A program made the translations under genes and the position numbers. The notes under the pieces are model-generated. The model was not told where the DNA came from and did not search any database. It saw only the letters and a list, made by a program, of their open reading frames with translations. A stretch of 59,676 bases of DNA, counting the filler, from Sphacelaria rigidula (Eukaryota): assembly GCA_964200075.2 (NCBI GenBank). It is 5 parts of 5 records of this genome, joined end to end, with 100 filler letters (N's around TTAATTAATTAA, not from the genome) between each part and the next. Parts side by side here need not be neighbours in the genome. Positions count along the whole stretch, not along the records: positions 35,869 to 47,722 come from CAXNAA020004418.1; positions 47,823 to 59,676 come from CAXNAA020004419.1; 3 more parts are not named here. The stretch is one strand, 5' to 3'. Shown here piece after piece: positions 36,916 to 48,962 of the stretch; position 1 is the first letter of the stretch; the number at the start of each line of letters is the position of its first letter.

Positions 36916-39900
36916 AATATTCCCCGAAAAAAACTCGATAAAACGGATAGATTGTTGTTTTATCTTTTTGCAAGAACAGAGACTAAACAGCCAAAAATGA
37001 TTAGGGGGCTTTGTTTATTACCCACGGTCTCGAAGGGGTGTTATACTCCGTCATGCCGTGTTCTCAGTAACACATGGTTGATATCTACAAACGCAGATGC
37101 GATGTGGGAGGATAAAACAAGATAAGCTTGTATACTCTCTGATACGGAGATATCAGGGCAAATAATCCGACCTGTATCACTTAGGATGTTGCACGATTTC
37201 ATGCGCGGTACAGTGATACGAACAGCTGGACGCGCAAGTACCGTACCCCGCACGAGTAGGAGGTGTAGCACCCCTGGGCGAGAAGTTGACAAGCTTTCGG
37301 CTCAAATTTTCTCCCGAAACGGGCAGCATCTATGCTAACAGTCGAAGTATTGGAATTAATCAATTGGAACGTTCTATGATCAGGACGTGTTGACATTGGA
37401 GGATCTTGCTTCTCTACATGGAGACCAATAAACGACATGGTCAGAGGGTGTTATACACCGTCATCGAGGGTGAACTTGAAGGAGGGGATGCACTTACCGG
37501 AACCTGTGGGCCGTGCCATCCGGCAGCTTGATCGGTGGCCGACGCTACCGCATGGAAGAACGAAGGAAGATACACTGGTGGTTAAATAGAGGATAGCTGG
37601 TAGAGCGAGCAACAGCTCGAATAAGCGCATGGCGGAGATCCAGTGTAAATATGTTAGACCAGAGACTTGTGTAAATAGTAAACATGTGTCACTGCAACTT
37701 TGACCCTATCGTCATCTTCTCACGTTCGGAAGTAGATTTCTGATTTCTTCGTTTCATGTCAGCCATGAGAACGGAGTTTTACCGCTAAGATTTCATCTTC
37801 AGGGTGTACTATTACCTGAGAACCAGTAGTATATATTCCTGAATATATACCTGCCATAAATTTGCTCAGGCTCTCGCTCTTCATGAGCGGTACTATGGTG
37901 TTGTTTATCTGTTCAACCGCGGGTCTGATCGAAGAATATACCTTGCAGAAAAACAAAAGTTCATAATTAATTCATCAACGTGCAGAAAAATCAAAAATAT
38001 CTCCTTTGCACTGCCCTGTTTGCGTTCTTGCTCACCCCAGGTGGCTTAGGGACGAAGACACACACCGCGTCTACCTAGAGAGAAAGAGAGAGAGGAAAAC
38101 CCATAAACAATAGAGTATCGTGAAATAGTGGTGTCTCCACATTGTATCAAGTTTCGTCAAGGGAATCATCATGGTGCTGGTCGACACGGAGAATCAGAGA
38201 GGCGCCGGCAGCAAGCCGAAGGTGCGTCGCAAACGAACGGAAGCAACTACATAGTATCATCGTCAAACATCTTCCCCAAAGTTTGCCCGCCAACGATAGC
38301 GCGCCAACAAGGGGTAGCTCGCAGCGCGTATGAATGTGGACGTAGGTGTGAATGACTGCGTGCGTGCGTGCGTGCTTGGCAAATATGTTTCAGGCGAAAG
38401 CAGCTACGTACTGTATTGATTTCACAGTCTCTTTCTTTTCGCCCCAGCAGCAGCACCAGACTCTCCTCTTGGCATTACAGTTTGAATACAAACACATCGA
38501 CGGGAGCTCTGGGATGGAGCGAAGGGGTCGTCGCACTAGTTAGTCGCTTGCTACGTGAAGGATATATATCTGCCATGCATACTGCATGCATTTGAGGTGC
38601 TGGCTCCGCCGCCTTGTTTGCTTCACTGTGATGCCCTGAGCGCGTGCTGCCAAAGATGTATCACACCTTGTGACCGTCCGTTATGTTTATGATTTCAGCC
38701 GTTGGGGTATTTTCATGTCTGAAGGAGAACTTGTGCTCTATAAAATAGAGTATATGGTTGGTAGTGTACGGCAACGCTGCTGCAGTCGTCCGTCCACGAT
38801 CCACCTGTACGATGCCGCGTGCCTGGTGTAGCCGTTGCAGTTTTGCGGCTGTACCACATACACTGCACAGTACAGTAGTACAGAACCACCATGGAGCAGC
38901 AACATCACTTAGCTGCAGTATTGCTCTTACTGCACTGCTCTGTGTTGTACTGTCTGCATTGTACAGTATCGTTGACTTTTCACCAGTTGATCCTGCGACA
39001 GCCGACGCCCTCCGTCATGCGGTACGATGTAGCCGACCCCGAATCAGAGATACTCGTAACGTACTGCGACGTACATGTTTGATGTTCGCCGGACTCGCAC
39101 ACGAGATATTCTTCAACACGCCACCACCATGCCTTGGGGCATGATGTTAGCTTACATAACGATCCTTTGGTCCCTCACTCGCTCATTGACCAGCGTAGCC
39201 AGTGTTGTCATGAACACACTTCAAGCAGTTTGTCGGTGGTTACACAGAGGTCTGGTCCAGGATCCATTTTTCTCAAGAGGTGCACTTGATACTGTACCAC
39301 CCCTCAGCGAGACACGCTTCGCACGTGCATCATAAAAATGTTGTGGTGAGGAAGCGTCGCACGCTGTGCAGTCAAGTGTTTCTACGCTTCGGTGATTTAA
39401 ATTTCGAACTGTGGATGGAAAAACACCAGGGTCACCCAGACGAGCACGGAGAGCGCGGTGATTGCATTTCAGTCATGTTTTGGTTGGTCAACACCCAAAA
39501 TACTGCATTTGTACTCACTTATACCGGCGTCCCCTCCTTGCGACCATCATGCGATCATGTACGGGCGATTTAATTGGTTCCCTGCAGTTATCACGTACCA
39601 TTTTTTTTACGTCTTTTTGTGGAAGAGTGAGAAGTCCCCGCAGCCCACGTTGCACACTACACCGTCTTGATATTTTGGTGCGCCTGATGACCCTATTTCT
39701 TGTCGCCCAGGAGCACAGACTTGTAGTCCTGGGGAGGACATTCCGCAAAACCCCGTTTCGTGCGAACGTCTCGGCGGGGGAGGGGGCGTACTCATGTGTG
39801 GCTTATTTTAGTCACCATTGACTATGCATGCCTTCGGGACGGAGCATCACCCGGGGAGGGGGTGGGAGGGAGGGGGGGCATACTAATTTGTTGCTTGCCT

Positions 39901-40580
39901 TCATCGTTTGACCATTGACGACGCATCTCTTGCGAGACTGAGCACCGTTCTTACCCCCAATACAGACATGATCAATTTGGGCGCTCAATGCGTTTTTTCC
40001 CATGCATTACACAACTTTTTTTTACATATCTTGTACCCTTTCTGATTCGCGCGTCTGTGGCTACCATTTATCTCCTGGTAGCCATCGTTTTCTCGCTACT
40101 GTCCACTGTATCAACGGGGAGTTGTGGGGGGATGCGCTACACAGGAGACGACGTTATTTGATATCCACGATGTCGCAGTTGTACCAGGTCATCATCGACA
40201 GACGAAAAAAAAACGCCGGCTGAGCACGACAGGAGACTCGGGCTGTGTAGCAACCCGAAGGCTTGTCTACCAGCCACTTTTGATTCACAATTACGCCCGT
40301 TTACAACGTCGTGAACAGCAAAAACACACGGGCACATATCTTGACTTCCTCTTGCTCCCGTATAAAAGCGCAATCAAGTACTCGGTCGTTAGCACAGGGC
40401 TGGAGGCTGGAACGTGCTACAAAACGTCCTTTTGTCCCCCAAACTCTCCCGGGAGGGGGAAGGGGAGTGGGCATGTGCTCCTGGGACGAAAGTCGCGAGC
40501 CCTCTTGTCTTACCCACCAGTTCCCATTATTCTCCCACTGCTGTGTAATGCGCTGGGGCACACCTTGATCACTGGTGCTC

Positions 40581-40722
40581 ATGGTTCAGGGGAAGAAGGC
40601 ACCCCTTGGCTCGCGGCAAGCCAGCAACAGCAATGGTCGCTTGGAAGATGGCAAGACTGTGGAGCAGCGCTACCAGAAGAAGACGCAGCTCGAGCACATT
40701 CTCTTGCGTCCAGACACATACA
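40581..40722 (+). CDS. TOP2: TOP2 coding exon 1
   Basis: ATG at 40581, MVQGKK...EHILLRPDTY, phase-1 donor GTGAGT at 40723. Confidence 0.92.
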
Positions 40723-43700
40723 GTGAGTATTTGCTCAGTTTTTGGTTCGTTTTTTCGAGTATGGCCGTGTTTGGCCACACATTACGAGGGTACATGCCCG
40801 AGCTGCAATGCAATATATTCCAAAATCTACTAGACTGAATATTTCCGTAATATTCAACATAACTTTTGTATTTTCGTGGACGTTTCATGATACTAAACTC
40901 TACAACGAGACTACTCGTACGAGTATGGCAAAAAAAAATTTAAGCTCATTGTGAATGCAGGCGCTTTTCTAGCGCGAAGGATTTAATGTTGGACACGTGC
41001 GTTACTTGTCGAGACGAAATCTGGGCTCTCTCCAAGTTTCTGGGAAAATCCTTGTGGTGAACGAACCTTACGTGGTCGATTGGAACGCATTACTTGGTGA
41101 AGACGTACTCGCATTCAACAAAGATCCGTCAGTCACGAGTGTTTCCTCTAAAGGCGTTAAGATCACAGGGAGCAAAGTACACTAACGTTGTTCACCCGAT
41201 ACGCTAATGTTTTCATGAATGTTGTACATTCGACTAACAGGGCTACGAGAGGCGTGTGAGCATATCTAGAAGAAAATACAACCACGTTGCATCATCATCT
41301 TGCCCTTCTAACCTTGCCAATACCCAACACCGCGCTTGTTGTCCAGTTGGATCTACGGAGAAGATGACGCAAGAGATGTGGGTATACGATGACGCCACGG
41401 ACAGGATTGTCAAGCGAATGGTGACGTTCGTGCCCGGTCTGTACAAGATCTTCGATGAGATCATTGTCAACGCCGCCGACAACAAGCAGCGTGACTCCAA
41501 CATGTCTAAACTCAAGGTTAGTCGCTGGCTTATGTATTCGGGTGGATTATTTTTCACGCCTTGTTAGAATTATCCCTCGTCTTTCTTCTGTAGGTTTCCC
41601 TGATATCAATTTACAATGACGTGGGATTGATGTTTTGGGAAAAATCTTGGACGGTAGTATCACCAACGAGGTCGGCAACTAGGCTTTCACTTCTTATGCT
41701 TTCAAGTCGCGTATATCATGCGTTCTTGTTTTTCGGTCTTGCACACTAAAATCAAGTAATTGTAACGCCTCGGCCGGGTTTCTGCTTCAAAATGACTCCT
41801 CTTGAACAAGACTCATAGCTGTCTTGGGAAAATCGCATAGAAAGCAAAACCCTCGTACCGGAAACAAACTCAGGCGTCCGCTATCACTCCATTCTTCGAG
41901 TAGGTGTCGAATTGTGATACCCTCATACTACTACACTTTTCAATTCGTGCCGTGAGAGACAAAATCTTTGGGGTTGTATCGATGGTTGATGTTGATATCC
42001 ATTTGCTATTTCGTGTCAATCCTAATGCGGCACAACTCTTGGAGGCCGAACCGCCAAAGGCCCATCCCTTCTCAATGCTGAGCTTTTTGGCTATTGACTG
42101 CCGAAGCATGCGTACATGAAAACCAAGTGAAGAACGTTCACATTCGCCTCTGGGGGTTCCGATAGACTATTTGGGGCTCAAAGGGCTCCAGATACATCAC
42201 ATCCATCAGCACGTCAAGTACATAAAAGGTGAGTATGTAGTTGCATTTCAAGTACTCTTCGACGCGCAACGCGAGTTACTCGGCCGTTTTTTTTGCCATG
42301 TGTTTTGTTTGTAACGCAACCAAAATTCAGCACGAAGTAATAGTATTCGTACTCAACTTCATTATCGTTGTTGTAATACATGCTAAAATCTTCGGTGCGT
42401 CCTTCGTTTCAAGGTGAGCATCGACGCCGAGAACGGATCTATTTCGGTGTGGAACGACGGGAAAGGTATACCCATCCAGATGCACAAGGAGCACCACATG
42501 TACGTGCCCGAGCTGATCTTCGGCAACCTCCTGACGGGTTCGAACTTCGACGACGACCAGAAGAAGACCACAGGAGGAAGAAACGGTTTCGGCGCCAAGG
42601 TGGGCTGCGTTTTCGGTGCAAGCACGATCGGAAACCTCACCAGATGAAAACTCGAAGTCCCGAAGAACTGCCGTCGCCTTGTTCCTGCTGCTGTCGTCAG
42701 ACAACATGCACTTCTTTGCATTCCCCCTTGACCTCGATTTGTGTGTTGTGGGCGTGCATTGTTGGGGTGGGCGTGGAGGCCGGGGAGGGGTACCCATTAT
42801 TCCGTATGTAATAGTCATCAAGACCGTCAATCTCAGACGTGTGTTGGGGGGATGTAGTCACAATCTTGCATGATAAACTCGTAAAACCGTCGACCCGTAT
42901 CCCTACAAAGTCGGGACGGAGCACACCGGGATTTCGCCGGACCAGGTTCGCAATCACCAAGCGAGAAACGCCGCGTTATGTTTTTAGTGCAGGAGCGGGG
43001 GGGCATGTTTCGAGGTCGAGCGATCGTGTTGCAAGGTTTGATTTCATGTGTTGAACTTTTTGATAAATAGTCGCCTGACTTGCTGTGTGCGTGCTGCGTG
43101 TGTAACGGATCCTGGATACGTGTGTGTTGCGACAGCTTGCGAACATCTACTCGGTGGAGTTCGTGGTGGAGACAGCTGATGAGAGAAATGGCATGCACTA
43201 CAGGCAGGTGTTCAGGAACAACATGCAGGAGAAGGTGGGTATGCCTCGACGCCTCGACCGCCAGTTGTTGGCCGATCTTTTTGTCCATCCTTTCAATTGT
43301 TTCGGCTGCTGTGGATGCCCGCGCGACGCGCATTCGGAAACAGCTAGCAGAAGCGAGAAGTTGAGCCACGCATCTAATAAGTAGGTGATCGTCGACGTGG
43401 GGAAGCACTTGATTCCTCCACGAAAAGTACGATGACTGCGCATATTGTATACACCAGATTTGTCGTTTGTGTTGTCGCGTTGACCCCAGGACATCGGTCG
43501 AACTGTCGTTGGGGTGCTGTGCATTGTTTGGGTGTTGTCGTGTTCTGCGCGGGGAAAAACGAGCAAATCCTTCGACTACCGTGTTAGTCTGCTGCCGCCC
43601 TTGTTTTGTTATTGTCCGAAGACAACACGACGATCACACCCCGTGCTCTTGTTTCTACGCAGGATGAGCCGGTGATCGACGATGAGTACGACGGCCCTGA

Positions 43701-46700
43701 CTTCACGTGCATCACCTTCAAGCCTGACTGGAAGCGCTTCCACATGATCGGCATGGAGGCGGACACTGTCGCCCTGCTCAAGAAGGTACCACGTATTTGC
43801 CAATAGAATACCTGGACTGCCCTTGAAAGGGGGCAGGAAATCGCGAACTATCTAAAGTATAAATACGCTATAGTGAGGTGCACACAACCTATGATGAGGG
43901 ATTGAAGTCCTCGACTTTTCAAGCATGGGGATGGACCGGGTGATAGCAATGCTGTAAGGTGAAGGTAGCTACGTATCACTGCCACCGGCTGATTGACATG
44001 GGAGTGATCCGATGCGATACGAATCCAGTCATGATCCAGTCATGGTCACGAGACAAATGTGCTCTACAGTATGTTTAGAAATGGAAACTCAAGCTGCCTC
44101 CAGGCACATTGGCTCGGTCGGCGGAGGGATAAAATCAGGAAGAGGGTACGACAGAGAGCATATAAACTGCCAGAAAAACAAACTCTGGGAGAACTGTCAG
44201 GACCGAACTGCAATGTTTCGCGCATCGTTGTGTTGACAAGTGCGTCTATACCGTACACGGTGGCATGCTTTTTTATGCTGTCTGTGCTCCTCCCAGCGTG
44301 TGTACGACATGGCGGGTTGCATGGGGGGGTACGGTGGGGCACGCATGAAGGTGGTGTTGGATAAGAAGCGGCTGCAGGTGGCGAATTTCCAGGAGTATAT
44401 GGCAATGTACGAGGGGATGGAGGAGCCCGTCGTTTTCGAGAAGATCGGCGGTCGATGGGAGGTAGGTATCCCGAGTTTTTCTCTCTAAATTGTACTTACT
44501 CTGAAGCATTGGATGATGACTCTCAGCACTTACACGGACCGTCGAGTGTAATGATATTATAGTCATTTCGCCGTTGTAACTTTTTTTCAGTTCCGTGTGT
44601 CGTCGTTCCTAAATATGGCACTGAAGCGGTGTTGTAGTTGTAATGGTACTCCGAAAGTGATTGTCCTCCGAAGGTTTGTGGGGACAACACGGGGGAGATA
44701 ATGCATGCAGTAGAAAACTATGGGAAAAGGAGACCACCTCGACGCAGAGAAATGTCGTTTTTCTACCCACACAACACGTCATTAATACCCCCATACTTCG
44801 CCTACATGGAGTCGCACACTGTCGCTCCACCGTTTTCATATCTAACGCTATTGTAATTTCACGGAAAATGACCCTTCCTCGTTCTGTTGTGGGGCGCGGT
44901 GCCCTTCCAATGGTGTGCTCAGGTCGGAGTGGCCATGAGCGCGGACAACGTGTTTCAGCAGGTATCGTACGTGAACGCCATCTGCACTGTCAAGGGTGGT
45001 ACCCATGTGGAGTACGTGGCAAACCAAGTTATTGCCAAGCTTCTACCGGTGCTCAAGAGAAAAAACAAGGCAGAGGTGTGTTTATTTCACTTTCCAACCG
45101 AGGCACAGAATTCTCATGACTGATTCGATCTGTCGGGAATGAAAAGGGACGCGCTTTTTTAGGCCCCACCTTGGGCCTCCTTGATTTTTCCTTGTTTTTG
45201 ATGGCATGTTCACTGATTGATTCTCAAAGTATCCAGGTAAAACAAAACGGAGACGTTCGCTTGAGGAAACTCGAAAAAGAGGGAAGGCGGGGGACACGTG
45301 AAACGAATAGGGTGAACTGAACAAAACGGCAGACAGCTAAATCAGAAAAAAGAAGAGAGTGAAAGGGAAGGAAAGGGGGTGGGGAGGGGGGTGGGGCGTA
45401 CTCATTTGTTGCTTGCCTTGGTCGTTTGACCATTGACCACGCATCCCTTTCAACGGAAGGAAAGGGGGGGGGGAAAGATGAATAACCGGTCCCGTTGAAA
45501 AGAGAAAATCGTGAACATGATGTAAAGTATGGGGATGTCGTGTCAGCCTTCGACGATGTCTCCGGCTTTATCTGGAGTAGTGCAGACGACTCCGTATTTC
45601 CGGAGGGGTCAGTTAGAGTAAGTTTATCATCTGCTAGAGTGTAAGTAGTTGACACGCTGCTCTCATGGGATGACTTACTCGCACAAGTACACCGAGTCGG
45701 GGATTAGAGCGTTGAAGTCCAGTTAGTTATATGTGGAGTACGACACAGACATGCGCTAACGACTCCTATTCCCCCCCGAATCATTCGCGTAATTACTCGC
45801 GTAATTGTATTTCCCTTTGCCGATTCCGACGGTCAACCCTTACGGTAGGGGTGGGTTTGCATAGGATATCAGCCCATATCGATATGCTGATTCACAGCAT
45901 TACGTCATTCATCATATTAGGCCCATTTTGGTCCTTATTACAGAGGAATTTGGGAGGTGATACATCCGTATGTACTGTGATGTATCGATATATCGCAAAA
46001 TCACATATAGTATGACGTCGATTCTGGGGCCTGATACTATACACGTCCGTACTACGCGGTCTATCTGTCCGATCTGTCCGCGATCCGTTGGCCAGGTAAA
46101 GGGGCACTTCATCAAAAACCACCTGTGTGTGTTCGTGAACGGCCTGGTGGAGAATCCGGCGTTCAACTCGCAGAGCAAGGAGGCGCTCACCTCGAAGGAC
46201 AGTCTCTTCGGCTCCGTGCCTAAGTTGAGCGACGCTGCCCTCAAGGCCATCGAGAAAAGCGAAATCGTTGAAAGGTGCGTCGTATGTTCTCTTCGCCAGG
46301 GCAGATATGCGAAATACGTGGTACTTTTGGGTTTCTCATCGGACATGAGCGCGGACCAGTGTGTCGATATTTATATACTACTGTATCTAGAATTGGTTCG
46401 ATGTACCGTACCAGGCAAGTTTTTTTAGCCTATCGTGTATACAGGTGCAAGTGCAGGAGAGGTTATATTCGATATATCGTGGTATTTGTCGATACTCTCA
46501 CACACGTGTCATGCTAGGAGTAGCTCAATTTTAGTGCTTGGTGTGTATTTTTCCTTCTCCCAGCACGGTATTTGGGTCTTCTGCACTGCACTGTGGATAC
46601 ACGTCGCTGACTAGGAAGTTCTTCGTCGAGCAAAATGCTGTGGCAGGAACGTTACCCGAATTTGGACATTCTTGATATATATACTTGTATAGTACAGTGA

Positions 46701-47436
46701 TTTGCAGTCATCGATAAGCGGTTCAATAGTCCGCATATGATCGTAGAATATGACGGGAGGTTCTTTATGATCGCAGTGTATCTCGCAGTACTCTATTACC
46801 ATAGCCGAATTAGAATATTGTACGACGTCCCCGGAAATACGTAGTTTCTGGTCGGAACATTCCTGAAACACGTTATGTTATGCTACTTTTTATCTGTACC
46901 GAGAAGGGGGGGGGTGTTCCCTTCGTCGAAATCGTCAAAGCCGTGATACAGAATGGTTTTCGGTATGTAAATTTGACACCCAGACCGTCGACACGTCCGA
47001 GGATGCCGCATTGCCTTCAACCTATCAGATGAAGGCATGCCCCCCATACCATAATGCGGTGAAAAGGTTGCCCAATCACACTACGTCATTTCCCCATTTG
47101 GTACGGTGGTACAAAAGCCAAGTACCCCGCTGTACAGCAGTACTGTGGGCCCATACGAGTACAAAACAGTACCTCTGAACTCAAGTCATTGATGCATATT
47201 ATTGCACACCAAAGTAGTTGCTGTGTAGAGGTGGTGAGATGCCTGTTGTGTCTTCTGTGCCGCCGCTTTGCACAATGTTTGTTGTCTAATATGCGTCACC
47301 TGCCGTGTAACGCGTATGCGTGGCTATTTCCGACCTCGGTGCTCGTATCGCCCGGTGATCTAGGGTATTGTCGTGGGCCAAGCACAAGCAGAACCAGCAG
47401 CTCAACAAGAAGTCTGGCAAGAAAAGCAGCAAGCTG
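40581..47436 (+). CDS. TOP2: DNA topoisomerase II (type IIA), 5' part only: 9 coding exons, 1290 nt = 430 aa, GHKL ATPase plus transducer domain; truncated by the block end
   Basis: Exons join in frame with GT..AG sites: 40581-40722, 41347-41516, 42414-42599, 43136-43234, 43663-43785, 44297-44461, 44923-45075, 46096-46274, 47364-47436. Motifs seen: YQKKTQLEHILLRPDTYIGS, VPGLYKIFDEIIVNAADN, ISVWNDGKGIP, YVPELIFGNLLTGSNFDD, TGGRNGFGAKLANIYS, FTCITFKPD, QQVSYVNAICTVKGGTHV, VENPAFNSQSKE. In-frame TGA at 40566-40568 just upstream of the ATG. Confidence 0.97.
41347..41516 (+). CDS. TOP2: TOP2 coding exon 2
   Basis: CCAG acceptor; (I)GSTEKMTQEMWVYD...PGLYKIFDEIIVNAADNKQRDSNMSKLK; donor GTTAGT. Confidence 0.95.
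42414..42599 (+). CDS. TOP2: TOP2 coding exon 3
   Basis: VSIDAENGSISVWNDGKGIP...TGGRNGFGAK; AAG acceptor, GTGGGC donor. Confidence 0.95.
43136..43234 (+). CDS. TOP2: TOP2 coding exon 4
   Basis: LANIYSVEFVVETAD...YRQVFRNNMQEK; CAG acceptor, GTGGGT donor. Confidence 0.94.
43663..43785 (+). CDS. TOP2: TOP2 coding exon 5
   Basis: DEPVID...DFTCITFKPDWKRFHM...VALLKK; CAG acceptor, GTACCA donor. Confidence 0.94.
44297..44461 (+). CDS. TOP2: TOP2 coding exon 6
   Basis: RVYDMAG...FQEYMAMY...GGRWE; CAG acceptor, GTAGGT donor. Confidence 0.94.
44923..45075 (+). CDS. TOP2: TOP2 coding exon 7
   Basis: VGVAMS...FQQVSYVNAICTVKGGTHVEYV...KNKAE; CAG acceptor, GTGTGT donor. Confidence 0.93.
46096..46274 (+). 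CDS. TOP2: TOP2 coding exon 8
   Basis: VKGHFIKNHLCVFVNGLVENPAFNSQSKEALT...EIVE; CAG acceptor, phase-2 GTGCGT donor. Confidence 0.93.
47364..47436 (+). CDS. TOP2: TOP2 coding exon 9
   Basis: (R)VLSWAKHKQNQQLNKKSGKKSSKL; TAG acceptor, GTGAGG donor; phase matches exon 8. Confidence 0.88.
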
Positions 47437-47722
47437 GTGAGGAACAAAGGGGAACGTTATTCGTATCGTTGACCTTGGGAATGGAAGACAAGGATCTTCA
47501 CTCCACAAGCATTGGCGCATCAATATCAAGTCGTGAAATCGCCACTGTAGTAGTGGTGGTGGTAAGAGTAGTAGCAGCAGCAGTCGCAGTAGTAGTGATA
47601 TTCGCTGGTACTTTTTTGTGCTTCATTTTTTTTTTTTTTGTATCGCGTTTGCGTGAATTTTTCTGGGGCCGATTCATTTATTCATTTTATATCACCATAT
47701 TTAGGGTAGTCAGCCTGTGACC

Positions 47723-47822
47723 NNNNNNNNNNNNNNNNNNNNNNNNNNNNNNNNNNNNNNNNNNNNTTAATTAATTAANNNNNNNNNNNNNNNNNNNNNN
47801 NNNNNNNNNNNNNNNNNNNNNN
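47723..47822. other. Artificial 100-nt spacer
   Basis: 44 N + TTAATTAATTAA + 44 N. Confidence 0.98.
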
Positions 47823-48880
47823 CACTTGAAGCGAATGATCAAAGCCACTCTCAATCGGATCATCTACTCTCAATCTCACGAAAACACTGTTCTATGTGGA
47901 AGGTTGGCGATTGGGTCTGGGTTTACAACAGTTTGTAGACCATCAGCCTAGGCGCCAACAGAGCCACCAACGAGACAGTCTTGAAGACGAAAATGCCCCT
48001 GAACTGAACTGGACCATGTAAGCTCCTGGCAGTCGGACCCTCGCCATCGCCACCTGATGGAAAGCCTGTTGGCGACAAACTTCTCTATCTTGGTCTCTCT
48101 CGCGATCTTCTGGGACATGACGCTAAATCTCGCGTCTCTGTGCATCGGTGCAAACCTTGCACCAATCCGCATGACACTAGTGACATGCCCAATTATCTGT
48201 CTACCGACCTCACACAATACGTGCTCGACAGCTATTCGACCAAGTCACCGCCTTATCACATTATCACCGACGACGTGTCCGAGCAACCTCTCCGTCTGGC
48301 TGTGTCCCATATCTCTGGCCACGAGATTACTCGCGGTCGAGGAGGTAAGATTGCTGTTATGTACAAAACCCACTGACAAGGCCTACGGAGAGCGTCGGAG
48401 GAACGTGGATCCGACCTTCAGTCGCACCGCCGTGCTATCCTCCTGTACTGGACGCAACCCCAGCAACATCTTGCTAACAACAAGAAACGCCGCAACATGT
48501 GCCGCGGAGTAGCAGCCCGCGAACTCGACCGTGACAAAGGTCTGCGCTTTGCCGTCGATGGTAGTGAACGGGTACCCACCAAGCATTGGGAAGAAAAGAT
48601 CCGCGCGAAACAGGGAGTCCTCCCCAAAATCGCTAATTTGTGGTACAAAGGCAGCCACAACCTCTGGTGGCTGGGGCAGACCTACTCCGCCGACCTGATC
48701 GCGCCTGACACGTACATCGTGAATTTCATCGATGACCCTGGGTCCGTGCAGCTCAAGGTTCGCCCAGAGCTATACACCACCAGTCCATCCGCACTACGAG
48801 GATCTTGGTGCCTCCAGCGGCTCAAGTCCAAAGGCCTGCGACGAGGAATTCAACACAATATCGACCGCATACATGATATC
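47823..48880 (+). mobile_element. Degenerate Ty3/Gypsy LTR-retrotransposon pol 3' end (integrase C-terminus with chromodomain-like segment)
   Basis: Frame-broken peptides LNWT.., KPVGDKLLYL..SRVSVHRCKPCTNPHD, VSHISGHEITRGRGGKIAVMYKTH*QGL..SEERGSDL (chromo-like Y..HW.G....WE...DL), LWYKGSHNLWWLG; stops and frameshifts present. Confidence 0.7.
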
Positions 48881-48962
48881 AACGCACCGCTTCAAGCTTT
48901 CACTCAACCTCCTGCTTTTGACCCACGACATTCTCCTCTTTTCTCCTCCTCCCTATCGTATA

